Source: Steroidobacteraceae bacterium
GTDB taxonomy: Bacteria > Pseudomonadota > Gammaproteobacteria > Steroidobacterales > Steroidobacteraceae
NCBI GenBank assembly: GCA_036521075.1
Contig: DATDIL010000031.1
Location: 7,961 to 71,960 of the forward strand
Reading direction: 5' to 3'
Length of the DNA stretch: 64,000 nt
The stretch's first letter is position 1; each line of letters starts with the position of its first letter. The position numbers and the translations under genes were made by a program. Below are positions 43,842-53,230 of the stretch, piece by piece. The notes under the pieces were generated by a model. The model was not told where the DNA came from. It searched no databases and saw only the letters and a list, made by a program, of their open reading frames with translations.

Positions 43842-46800
43842 CTAGGCCTGCGTGCTGGCCGGTGCGGTGGCTGGCGGCGGGCGGTTGCGGGCATGGTCTG
43901 CGCCCAGCAGTATGTACATCGCCGGCACCACGAACAGCGTGAACAGCGTCCCGATCGACAGGCCGGTGAACAGCACGATGCCCATGGAACGCCGTCCGGC
44001 AGCGCCGGCGCCGGAGGCGATCACCAGCGGCACGACGCCCAATACCATGGCCGCGGTGGTCATGAGAATGGGCCGCAAGCGCACGGCGGCGGCCTCGACG
44101 ATGGCCTGCATCTTGTTGCGTCCCCTCTTCTGCAGCTCGTTGGCGAACTGCACGATCAGGATGCCGTGCTTGCTGATCAGTCCCAGCAGGGTCACCAGAC
44201 CCACCTGCGTGTAAATGTTCAGCGTCGAGACGCCGGTGTTGATGAACAGCATGGCACCGAACAGCGCCATGGGCACGGACACCAGGATCACGGCGGGGTC
44301 GCGGAAACTTTCGAACTGCGCGGCCAGCGCCAGATAGACGATGATCAGCGCGAAGAACAGCGTCACCGTGAAATTGCCGGACCCGAGCATGAACTGGCGT
44401 GACTGCCCGGCATAGTCGGCGGTGTAGCCGGAGGGCGCGATTTGCTGCAGCGTATCCCTGAGGTATTTCAGCGCCGTATCCTGCGAGACCGCGGGCGTTC
44501 CGGAAATGGTCGCGGCATTGAGCTGCTGGAAGTGATTGATGGACTCCGGCACCGTGCTGGTGGTGATCTTGGCCAGCGTGCGCGCCTGGATCAGCGAGCC
44601 ATCCCCGGCATGCACGTAGTAGTCGAGCACCTGCGAGGGATTGAGGCGATCCTTCTGCAGCACCTGTGGGATCACCTTGTAGGACCGGCCGGAGATGGAG
44701 AAGTAATTGACGTAGCCGCCGCCCAGCGCCGCGCCCAGGCTCGCTCCCACGTCCTGCTGGGTCAGACCCATGTCACCCACCAGTTCGCGGTCCAGGACCA
44801 GGGTCGCCTGGGGCTTGTCGATCTTCATGTCGGAATTGATGAAAAAGAACATGCCGCTGGCCCGGGCACGGGCCAGCAGAGTCTCGGTCACCTCGTACAG
44901 ATTCTGCGGCGCCTCGGTGGTCGTGATGACGAACTGCAGCGGCAGGCCGGATGATCCGGGCAGCGCCGGCTGCTGAAAGGCCGCGATCTGCGCGCCGGCA
45001 ATGCGGCTCCAACGCTCCTGGAGCACCTGCTGAAGCTGCGCCGCGGTGCGCTTGCGCTCCCCCCACGGCGTAAACAGCACGCCCCCGAAGCCGCTGTTGC
45101 CACCCACCCGCTGGAACACCCCATAGTATTCGGGCAGCGAGGCGGAGGCATCAAACATCTGCTTGCTGTACATCTCCATCTGCTGATAGGTCGCATTCGG
45201 TGCGCCCTGGATCTGGGCCACGACCACGCCCTGATCCTCGGCGGGCGCGAGCTCGGAGTTCGCGGTCGCGAACAGATAGATGGTGAGGCACAGGATTGCC
45301 GCACCCAGTCCCACCAGCACCTGCCAGGTCATCAGCCAGTCGGACAATACGCGCTGATAGAGGTGCCGGACCCGCTCGAAGTTGCGGTCCAGCTGTTTGG
45401 CAAACCTGCCCTCTTGCTGGTTGGCGCGGAACAGCTTCGAGCACAGCATGGGTGAGAGGCTCAGCGCGATGACGGCGGAGACCGTTACGGCCGCGGCCAG
45501 CGTGAAGGCAAACTGGGTGAAAAGCGCACCGGTCAGGCCGCCCTGGAAACCGATGGGCAGGTAGGCGGCGACCAGCACCACCGTCATCGCCAGGATCGGA
45601 CCTCCGAGCTCACGGGCCGCAAACAGCGCCGAGTCCAGCGGTGTCTCCCCTGCCTTCAGATGTCGGTCGAAGTTCTCCACCACGATGATGGCGTCATCGA
45701 CGACCAGCCCGATGGCGAGCACCAGTGCCAGCAGCGTCAGCAGATTGATCGAGTAGCCCAGCGCCAGCATCATGAAGAAGGTGCCAACCAGCGACAGCGG
45801 CATGGCCACCATGGGCACAGCGGTAGCGCGCACGGTGCCCAGGAACAGAAAGATCACGACCGTCACGATCAGCAGCGCCTCGCCCAGGGTCTTGATGACC
45901 TCACGGATCGCGCTGCGCACGAACATCGTGGTGTCGTAGACCACTTCGGCGCGCATGCCGCTGGGCAGCTGCTCCTGGATGGACGGCAGCGCGTCACGCA
46001 CCGCCTGCGCCACCTGCAGAGCATTGGCCTTGGGCGCATTCTGCACCGCCAGGAACACGGAATGACGACCATTCCATGTCACACCGGAGTCGTAATCCTC
46101 GGCTCCCAGCTCCACCGTCGCCACATCCTTCAGACGCACAACGGTATTGTTCTGCTGACGCACGATGAGCTGTCGAAAACCATCCAACGTATGCAGATCC
46201 GTATCGGCGGTGAGATCCACGGAGACCATCTGTCCCTTGGTGCTGCCCACCGCGGTCAGATAATTGTTGGCCGCGAGTGCGTTGTAGACGTCGCTGGCGG
46301 CCACATTGCGAGCCGCCATGCGCTCCGGATCCAGCCACGCGCGCAGGGCGTACACGCGCGCACCCTGCACGTCTGCCGACTGCACGCCGGGAATGGCGTC
46401 CAGCTTCGGCTGCACGACCCGGATCAGGTAGTCGGTCACGCCATTGGGCGGCAGCGTATCGGTGAAGAACCCGATGTACATCGCCGCCGTCGTATTCCCC
46501 GGGTCGATCGCAACCACCGGCTGCTGTGACTGCGGCGGCAGCTGATTGCGCACCGAGTTCACCTTGGCGCTGATTTCAGTGAGGGCCCGGTTGGAGTCGT
46601 AGTTCAGACGCAGGGTCGCGGTAATGCTCGAAGAGCCGGTGGTACTGGAAGAGGACATGTATTCGATGCCCTGGGCCTGCGCAATGGCAGCCTCCAGCGG
46701 TTGGGTGATGAAGCCGGCCACCGTCGCCGCATCGGCGCCGTAATAGGTGGTGTTGATGGTGATGTTGGCGCTCTCGGTCTGTGGGTACTGCGTGATCGAC

Positions 46801-46895
46801 AGACTGAAAATCGCACGCATGCCCAGCACGAAGATGAAGAGGCTGATGACGATCGCCAGCACCGGCCGCCGAATGAACAGGTCTGTGAGCTTCAT
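43842..46895 (-). CDS. RND efflux transporter permease (HAE1/AcrB-like)
   Basis: 1017 aa. N-terminus MKLTDLFIRRPVLAIVISLFI. The TM4 motif LALVLAIGLVVDDAIIVVEN indicates the hydrophobe/amphiphile type, not the heavy-metal type. Confidence 0.9.
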   Translation of the reverse strand: MKLTDLFIRRPVLAIVISLFIFVLGMRAIFSLSITQYPQTESANITINTTYYGADAATVAGFITQPLEAAIAQAQGIEYMSSSSTTGSSSITATLRLNYDSNRALTEISAKVNSVRNQLPPQSQQPVVAIDPGNTTAAMYIGFFTDTLPPNGVTDYLIRVVQPKLDAIPGVQSADVQGARVYALRAWLDPERMAARNVAASDVYNALAANNYLTAVGSTKGQMVSVDLTADTDLHTLDGFRQLIVRQQNNTVVRLKDVATVELGAEDYDSGVTWNGRHSVFLAVQNAPKANALQVAQAVRDALPSIQEQLPSGMRAEVVYDTTMFVRSAIREVIKTLGEALLIVTVVIFLFLGTVRATAVPMVAMPLSLVGTFFMMLALGYSINLLTLLALVLAIGLVVDDAIIVVENFDRHLKAGETPLDSALFAARELGGPILAMTVVLVAAYLPIGFQGGLTGALFTQFAFTLAAAVTVSAVIALSLSPMLCSKLFRANQQEGRFAKQLDRNFERVRHLYQRVLSDWLMTWQVLVGLGAAILCLTIYLFATANSELAPAEDQGVVVAQIQGAPNATYQQMEMYSKQMFDASASLPEYYGVFQRVGGNSGFGGVLFTPWGERKRTAAQLQQVLQERWSRIAGAQIAAFQQPALPGSSGLPLQFVITTTEAPQNLYEVTETLLARARASGMFFFINSDMKIDKPQATLVLDRELVGDMGLTQQDVGASLGAALGGGYVNYFSISGRSYKVIPQVLQKDRLNPSQVLDYYVHAGDGSLIQARTLAKITTSTVPESINHFQQLNAATISGTPAVSQDTALKYLRDTLQQIAPSGYTADYAGQSRQFMLGSGNFTVTLFFALIIVYLALAAQFESFRDPAVILVSVPMALFGAMLFINTGVSTLNIYTQVGLVTLLGLISKHGILIVQFANELQKRGRNKMQAIVEAAAVRLRPILMTTAAMVLGVVPLVIASGAGAAGRRSMGIVLFTGLSIGTLFTLFVVPAMYILLGADHARNRPPPATAPASTQA

Positions 46896-46906
46896 CGCAA
46901 GCGGCC

Positions 46907-48115
46907 CTAGTGTTCCTGCGGCGTCGGATTCGGATCATCGCTGGGCTTGACCGAGTTGTCGATTGCCACCGGCGTTCCGTTCTTGATCTTCAACTGTCCG
47001 GCACTGACCACCACATCGCCCGCCTTGACACCCGCCAGTGCCTGCACCTGATCACCGCGCGTGTCCCCCAAGGTGACGAAGGTCTGTTTGACCGTCTTGC
47101 CGCCCGTGTTGTTGGGATCGGGGATGACCAGGAATACGGTCGCACCATACGGATTGTAGGTGACTGCGGATTGCGGCATCGTCAGCGCGTGCACGAGCGC
47201 TCCCGCGGCCACCTGCAGATGCCCGAACATTCCCGGGAACAGCTTGCGTGCGTGATTGTCGATCGAAGCTTCCACCTGCACATTGCGGGTCGCGCTGTCG
47301 ACCTGCGGATTCACGGCCGTGATGTGCCCGGCGAAGTTGACCCCGGGCCAGGTGTCCGCCGTCAGCGCAACCGATTGCCCGACCGTGATGCGCGCCAGGC
47401 TCTGTTGCGGCAGACGGAAATCAACCAGGATCGGATCCAACTGCTGCAGCGTGACGACCTTGTCACCCGGATTCAGGTACTGCCCGGGATTCAAGGTGGT
47501 GATGCCAAGCTGCCCCGCAAAGGGCGCCCGCAGGGTTTTCTTGGCAACCAGCGCGGCTTGCGCGGCCTCCTGCGCCCGCTTGTTCTTCAGGTCCGCGGCG
47601 TCACTATCCAGCTGCGCCTGACTGATGGCCTGCGCCTGGAACTGCTCCTGATCGCGCTTGTAGACCACGGCCGCCAGGTCCGCTGCCGCCGCCAGGGCCC
47701 GCTGCTGCGCGATATCCGAGTCCGCATTCAGCTGTACCAGGGTCGCGCCACTGGCAATTTCCTCTCCGGAATGAAAGCTGACGGTGCGCACGAGACCGGC
47801 GACCTCAGTCGTCACGTCCACACCGCGTACCGCGCGCAGCGTGCCCACCGCGTCGATCTGCGGCTGCCAATCCGCGAGTGCCACGGTGGCGGTCGCAACG
47901 GTCTGCTTCGGCGACGCATTCTGCGCCAGAGCCTTCGCGATGAAGTGTGCCTTGACCAGGTTGAAGCCGAAGATTCCGGTGGCCAGCACCAGCACCGCGA
48001 TCACGATAATGATCATGCGGCGCCGGAACACTCGCCGCAGCGTATCGGCGTCGTACTGAGGGGTCTGAATATCTGAGGTCTGCACTACCGGCTCCCATCT
48101 GAATCGCGATTCCAC
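46907..48115 (-). CDS. RND efflux periplasmic adaptor (membrane-fusion protein)
   Basis: 402 aa with an N-terminal TM anchor (MIIIVIAVLVLATGIFGF), a coiled-coil hairpin and beta-barrel motifs. An alternative GTG start at 48085 would overlap the OMF stop by 1 nt instead of 31 nt. Confidence 0.85.
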   Translation of the reverse strand: MESRFRWEPVVQTSDIQTPQYDADTLRRVFRRRMIIIVIAVLVLATGIFGFNLVKAHFIAKALAQNASPKQTVATATVALADWQPQIDAVGTLRAVRGVDVTTEVAGLVRTVSFHSGEEIASGATLVQLNADSDIAQQRALAAAADLAAVVYKRDQEQFQAQAISQAQLDSDAADLKNKRAQEAAQAALVAKKTLRAPFAGQLGITTLNPGQYLNPGDKVVTLQQLDPILVDFRLPQQSLARITVGQSVALTADTWPGVNFAGHITAVNPQVDSATRNVQVEASIDNHARKLFPGMFGHLQVAAGALVHALTMPQSAVTYNPYGATVFLVIPDPNNTGGKTVKQTFVTLGDTRGDQVQALAGVKAGDVVVSAGQLKIKNGTPVAIDNSVKPSDDPNPTPQEH

Positions 48116-49575
48116 CAGCCGCCACCCAGGGCCTGCAGCAGCGCCGCGGAGTCCGTCATCCGTGCCATCTCACCTTGAATGCGCGTCAGGTGCGATTGCG
48201 CGTACTGGCGCTGGCCGATGAGCAGGTTGACGTACGAAGTGCCGCCGACCTGGAACTGGCGGCGGGTAATTTCGAGTGAGTCATGCGCGGCGGCCTCGGC
48301 CTGCACGTCAGCCTGCAGCGTGAGCGCATCATCCTGCAGCGCGCGCAGTGTATCGGCAACATCCTGCAATGCCGACAACACCGTGCCGCGATACTGCGCG
48401 GTGGCCTGGTCGAGATCATCGAAGGCCTGCCGTCGCTTGGCGCGCAATTCCCCGCCATGGAACAACGGCTGCATCAGCGAGCCACCGATGTTCCACGCGG
48501 TGGTTCCGGGGCCGAACAGATCCGTGATGGAAGTCGTTTCCGAGCCAATGCTCCCCGACAGTGTCAGTTGCGGGTACAGGTTGGCGGTCGCAACCCCGGC
48601 CTGTGCACTGGCCTGATGAAGCTGCGACTCTGAGGCCAGTACATCCGGCCGTTGGCGCACCAGTCTCGCGGGCAAGGATATGGGCAGCTGTGCCGGCAGC
48701 GTCAATGCGCTCAGCGACAGGCCCGCCGTACTGGCATGGTCCGGCGTCTGGCCAGTCAGCACGGCCAGGCGGTGGCCGGCCTGCGCCACGGATTTCTGCA
48801 GTCCCGGCAGCGTAGCTTCCAGCTGCGAGACCTGCGCCTGCTGCGTCAGAACATCTGCCTGCGAGGCGGCGCCTGCACTGAACTGCCGCCGGATGATCGC
48901 CAGCTGATCGCGCTCCGTGGCCAGTATCTCGTTGGTGGCGGCAACCTGGTCATTCAGCGCCGCCGCCGTGATCACCGTCGTTACGATATTCCCGGCCAGC
49001 GTCAGGCGGGCGGCCTCGAGCTGCCAGCGCTGATAGTCCGTCTGCGCCGCCAGCGCCTCCAGTTGTCGGCGGGTCGCCCCGACCAGATCAAACTTGTAGG
49101 TGACATTGACGGCGGCATCGAACAAGGTAAAGGTGCTGGTGCCCAGCTGGGGCAAGCCGAACGCCGCTGCGGGGGCTGCTTCACGCTCGGCCTGGAATTG
49201 CGAATCAGCCTGCGGGTACAGGCTGCCGCGCTGGGCGATGTAGCCCTCGTGGGCCGAGCGAAGCGCCGCTGCGGCGGCCGCGATCGTCGGACTGTCGTGC
49301 AGTGCAGTGCGCACCAGCGCATCCAGCGGTTCGCTGTGGAACAGGTTCCACCACTGTGCCGGAATTTCCTGCTCGGCCATGAGAGTCTGGGCGGGTGCTG
49401 CGGTGCCCGGTGCGCCCACGGTGCGGATCGGTGCGCCCGCCACATAGTGGTCAGTGTCCGGAGGGGCGGGCGGGTGAAAGTCCGGGCCCACCGTGCAACC
49501 GCACAGCCCCGCCACTGCCGCAGCCAACAAAAAATTGCCCGTCACTGGCGCGGGCAGCCATCTGCAAAGACGCAT
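48085..49575 (-). CDS. efflux outer-membrane factor lipoprotein (NodT family)
   Basis: 496 aa with lipobox AGLCGC followed by TVGPDF. It shows two TolC-like repeats and the typical C-terminal LGGGW. Confidence 0.85.
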   Translation of the reverse strand: MRLCRWLPAPVTGNFLLAAAVAGLCGCTVGPDFHPPAPPDTDHYVAGAPIRTVGAPGTAAPAQTLMAEQEIPAQWWNLFHSEPLDALVRTALHDSPTIAAAAAALRSAHEGYIAQRGSLYPQADSQFQAEREAAPAAAFGLPQLGTSTFTLFDAAVNVTYKFDLVGATRRQLEALAAQTDYQRWQLEAARLTLAGNIVTTVITAAALNDQVAATNEILATERDQLAIIRRQFSAGAASQADVLTQQAQVSQLEATLPGLQKSVAQAGHRLAVLTGQTPDHASTAGLSLSALTLPAQLPISLPARLVRQRPDVLASESQLHQASAQAGVATANLYPQLTLSGSIGSETTSITDLFGPGTTAWNIGGSLMQPLFHGGELRAKRRQAFDDLDQATAQYRGTVLSALQDVADTLRALQDDALTLQADVQAEAAAHDSLEITRRQFQVGGTSYVNLLIGQRQYAQSHLTRIQGEMARMTDSAALLQALGGGWWNRDSDGSR

Positions 49576-49804
49576 GAACGAATCGTTAACCTTGAGACCG
49601 GCAGACCGCGCGGTGTCGTGTCATATTACCGGGGAACTGGCGCGAATGGGCGACAAACTGCGCCTCGACCGTAACCGGCGAAGCATACATAAACTGAGGA
49701 AAAGTGACGCGCGTGACAGCTCGCGCACGAGGTGCAGATTCGGCCCCAATACTGTGAGGTGATGCCGTCGCCAGCCACCGGCAGTGCGCTGAAATGCGCA
49801 GCTG

Positions 49805-51052
49805 ATGCAAACCCCTTCCAAGTCCAAAGCTGCCCTGCGGCACGTGCTGTTCGTTGACGATGAACCCCAGGTCCTGGAAGGTCTGCGACTGCGCCTGCAG
49901 CCACTCACGGCCAAGTGGCATATGACCTTCGTGGACAGCGGCGCCGATGCATTGTCCCGGTTCGAACAGACACCGCATGATGTGATCGTCAGTGATATCA
50001 GCATGCCGGGCATGGATGGGGCGCAGCTGCTGCACGCCATCAGTGAGCGCTGGCCGGCTACCATTCGCATCGCACTGTCGAGCATGTCCGATGTCGAGCA
50101 GAAACTGCGCCTGCTGCCACTGGCGCATCAATACCTGAGCAAGCCGTGTCGCCCGGAGCAGCTCGAAGCCGCCGTGGCGCGCAGCCTGCAGCTGCGTGAC
50201 GAGCTGACGCATCCGAGCGTTCTGGCAATCATCGGGCGCATCCGCCAGTTGCCGGCCCAACCGCGGGTGTTCTCGCGGCTGCAGGTCGTGATGGCCAAAC
50301 CGGATGCCACGGCGCGCGATGTCGCACGCGTCATCGCCACTGACACGGCGATCACCGCCAAAGTGCTGCAAATCGCCAATTCCGCGTTCTTCCGTCGCGC
50401 CCGCCGCATCAGCAACATCGAGCAGGCGGTTTTGTACCTGGGCTTCCGGATGGTACGCAACCTGGTGATGTGCGCCGAAGTGTTTGCGCGTTGGCCGGGG
50501 CGCATGCGCCACGCGGCGGTCGACCTCGAGGACCTGCAGGTACATGCGCAGCGCACGGCCGCGGTCGCGCAGGCGATCACGGCGGGCACACAGCACGCCG
50601 ATGACACGGTGCTGGCCGCGCTGCTGCACGATATCGGCTACTGGATCCTGATCCAGGAGTCTCCACGTGAGCTGGAGCAGGCCATTGAACTCGCACTCGC
50701 GGCCGCAATCCCCCTGCCGCAGGCTGAGTACGAGATCCTGGGCGCATCCCATGCCGAGATCGGCGCCTACCTGCTGGCGATCTGGGGGCTGCCGTATGCG
50801 GTAGTGGAAGCGGTTGCGCACCATCACCGTCCCACGCGCGTGAAGTCGACCGGACTGGATTCACTGGCAGCGCTCGCCGTCGCAATGGCATTGACCGGGG
50901 GCGATGATTCCGACGGCTGTGCGCGCAATCTGCAGCCTAGCCCGCTCGTCGGCCCTCAATACCTGGAAGCGCTAGGCAGCGACTTGACCTGGGCCGATGC
51001 CACAAGCCGCGCGGCGCGCTGCCTGGAACGTATTGCCCAGGAATCGAATTGA
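49805..51052 (+). CDS. response-regulator receiver + HDOD domain protein
   Basis: 415 aa. REC: VLFVDDEPQVLEGL...DVIVSDISMPGMDG...KP. HDOD: LPAQPRVFSRLQVVMAKPDATARDVARVIATDTAITAKVLQIANSAFF...IEQAVLYLG. Confidence 0.85.
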   Translation: MQTPSKSKAALRHVLFVDDEPQVLEGLRLRLQPLTAKWHMTFVDSGADALSRFEQTPHDVIVSDISMPGMDGAQLLHAISERWPATIRIALSSMSDVEQKLRLLPLAHQYLSKPCRPEQLEAAVARSLQLRDELTHPSVLAIIGRIRQLPAQPRVFSRLQVVMAKPDATARDVARVIATDTAITAKVLQIANSAFFRRARRISNIEQAVLYLGFRMVRNLVMCAEVFARWPGRMRHAAVDLEDLQVHAQRTAAVAQAITAGTQHADDTVLAALLHDIGYWILIQESPRELEQAIELALAAAIPLPQAEYEILGASHAEIGAYLLAIWGLPYAVVEAVAHHHRPTRVKSTGLDSLAALAVAMALTGGDDSDGCARNLQPSPLVGPQYLEALGSDLTWADATSRAARCLERIAQESN

Positions 51053-51126
51053 GGCCTTTCCTTTCGGCAACCCTTCGAAGTTTGGGGCGCGCGACTTTCG
51101 CTGAATTTGCGCATAATCAGCCCCCT

Positions 51127-51813
51127 ATGCGTACCTATATCGTTGAAGATGATGCGGAGCTGCGCGGCGCGCTGGTGAACCTGCTGCACCAGAAGGGCTA
51201 TCACGTCGAGCACAGCGGCCGCGGCCGCGAGGCACAGGAGGTGCTGCTGCTCAATGACTTCGATCTGGCCATTGTGGATATCGGCCTGCCGGACATAGAT
51301 GGCCTGTCCCTGATTCGCACCCTGCGGCGTCATCAACGTGGCCTGCCCATTCTCATCCTCACGGCCCTGGATGCCGTCGACAACCGGGTGATGGGGCTGG
51401 ACGCCGGGGCGGACGATTACCTGGTCAAGCCCTTCGTCATGGCGGAGCTTGAAGCGCGCGCACGCGCCCTGATTCGCCGCCATCGTGCCGATCGTGCCCA
51501 GTGCATCAAGATTGGCCCGCTGGAATTGACCATGGGCCAGCCGCGCATTCTGCTCAATGGCACCCCGGTCGATCTGACGGCCCGTGAGTTCACGCTGCTG
51601 GAACTGCTCGCGCAGCGCGCCGGCCGGGTCGTCAAGAAGGATCAGATCGCCAGCAGCCTGGCGCCATCCGGGGAAGCACTGTCCGACACCGCCATCGAGG
51701 TGGCCATTCACCGACTGCGGCGTCGCCTCGAGCCCTTCGATCTGAAGGTCCAGACCATCCGCGGCTTCGGATACCTGCTGGAGGCCAAGGCCGATCAGGA
51801 AACCGATGCCTGA
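51127..51813 (+). CDS. OmpR/PhoB-family response regulator (TctD/QseB-like)
   Basis: Internal ATG at 51127. REC: YIVEDDAELR...LAIVDIGLPDIDG...YLVKPF. Winged helix: LTAREFTLLELLAQRAGRVVKKDQI...VAIHRLRRRL. Confidence 0.85.
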   Translation: MRTYIVEDDAELRGALVNLLHQKGYHVEHSGRGREAQEVLLLNDFDLAIVDIGLPDIDGLSLIRTLRRHQRGLPILILTALDAVDNRVMGLDAGADDYLVKPFVMAELEARARALIRRHRADRAQCIKIGPLELTMGQPRILLNGTPVDLTAREFTLLELLAQRAGRVVKKDQIASSLAPSGEALSDTAIEVAIHRLRRRLEPFDLKVQTIRGFGYLLEAKADQETDA

Positions 51814-53176
51814 ACGTTCGCTGCGATCCGGTCTGACGCTACGCGTTCTGGCCGTTGCGCTGCTGCTGCTCATTCTGGATGGCATCTCCTGTTATGCACT
51901 GGCGGCACATTTCGCGAATCTGGCCTATGACCGCTGGTTGATCGATGACGCGGGCTCATTGACGCAGGCATTGCGCGTCGAGGACGGCAAGGTCAATGTC
52001 CTGCTGCCGAGCGAGGCGGTCGCGATCTTCAAGTTCGACAACTACGACCAGACTTTCTATCGCATCAGCACGGCGCAGGGCCGCACCCTGGCCAATGACG
52101 GTAATCTTCCGGATCTGCCGCCCGCCCACGACGGTAAACCGCGTCTGACGTCCATGACGATTGCGGGCGTGCCGCTACGCGTGGTCGCTATCGAAGCGAA
52201 GGTTGAAGGCACCGGCGAGGCAGTACGCCTGGTGGTCGGGGAGACCGTCAACAAGCGCGCGACGCTGCTGTCGGAGATCCTGCTCGAAATGGCGCTGCCG
52301 CAGCTGGGATTGCTGCTGGGCGCGCTGCTGTTCGTCCGCTTCGCCGTGGATCGGGGCTTAAGACCGCTGACCGTGGTTACCGCTGCAATTGAGAAGCGCG
52401 GCCAGGAGTTGCTGACGCCGGTGTCCGAAGCGGGGCTGCCGTTGGAAGCACGGATCCTTGTTACGCGCATCAATGAATTGCTGGGCAGGCTCGAGCAGAC
52501 GATCACGGCCCAGCGACGCTTCGTGTCCGATGCCGCACACCAGCTGCGCACCCCGCTCGCTGCCGTGTCACTGCAGGCCGAAACGGCGCAACGCAGTCTC
52601 GATGCCGAGTCGCGCAATCTGGCACTGCGCGGACTGCAGACCTCGGTCGGTCGCGCGGGCCGCATCACACAGCAGTTGCTCGCCCTCGCCCGCTCCGGAC
52701 CCGAAGCCGCGGCAGCCCGCACCCTCGCGCTACTGGACCTGGCCGCGCTGGCTCGAGCGGCTGGTGAAACCTGGATTGGCCCGGCGCTTGCCCGACACAT
52801 GGATTTTGGCTTTGTCGCACCCGACCACGCGGTGATGGTGCTGGGACACGCGGGTCTGCTCGAAGAGCTCATCAATAACCTCATCGACAACGCCCTGCGC
52901 TACTGCCCCGAAGGCTCGAGCGTGACATTAACCGTATCCGCCACCCGCTCGCCGGAACTGGCCTTGAGCGACGATGGACCGGGCATCCCGGAGTCCGAGC
53001 GCGAGCGGGTCTTCGAACGCTTTCATCGCGGCGCCAGCGCCGAGACGGAAGGCTGCGGCCTGGGACTCGCCATAGTGCGCGAAATTGCCACGGTCCACGG
53101 GGCCACCGTACACGCCGAGGCCGGTCGTGAGAATCGCGGCACCCGAATTGTCGTGAAGTTCCCGCGCCCGGCCTGA
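51806..53176 (+). CDS. membrane sensor histidine kinase (TctE/QseC-like)
   Basis: 456 aa with two TM segments flanking a ~130-aa periplasmic domain. H-box FVSDAAHQLRTPLAAV; N, G1 and G2 boxes (NLIDNALRY, DDGPGIP, GCGLGLAIV). It overlaps the upstream RR gene by 8 nt. Confidence 0.85.
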   Translation: MPERSLRSGLTLRVLAVALLLLILDGISCYALAAHFANLAYDRWLIDDAGSLTQALRVEDGKVNVLLPSEAVAIFKFDNYDQTFYRISTAQGRTLANDGNLPDLPPAHDGKPRLTSMTIAGVPLRVVAIEAKVEGTGEAVRLVVGETVNKRATLLSEILLEMALPQLGLLLGALLFVRFAVDRGLRPLTVVTAAIEKRGQELLTPVSEAGLPLEARILVTRINELLGRLEQTITAQRRFVSDAAHQLRTPLAAVSLQAETAQRSLDAESRNLALRGLQTSVGRAGRITQQLLALARSGPEAAAARTLALLDLAALARAAGETWIGPALARHMDFGFVAPDHAVMVLGHAGLLEELINNLIDNALRYCPEGSSVTLTVSATRSPELALSDDGPGIPESERERVFERFHRGASAETEGCGLGLAIVREIATVHGATVHAEAGRENRGTRIVVKFPRPA

Positions 53177-53230
53177 TTCTTGCTGCGCCTTATCGGTGGG
53201 CCGACGGTTGCCCGGCGCTTAGGAGCACGC

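Noticed and set aside
49586-50827. 413-aa minus-strand ORF overlapping the REC-HDOD gene
   Set aside because: An antisense shadow ORF. The plus-strand frame carries clear receiver and HDOD motifs.
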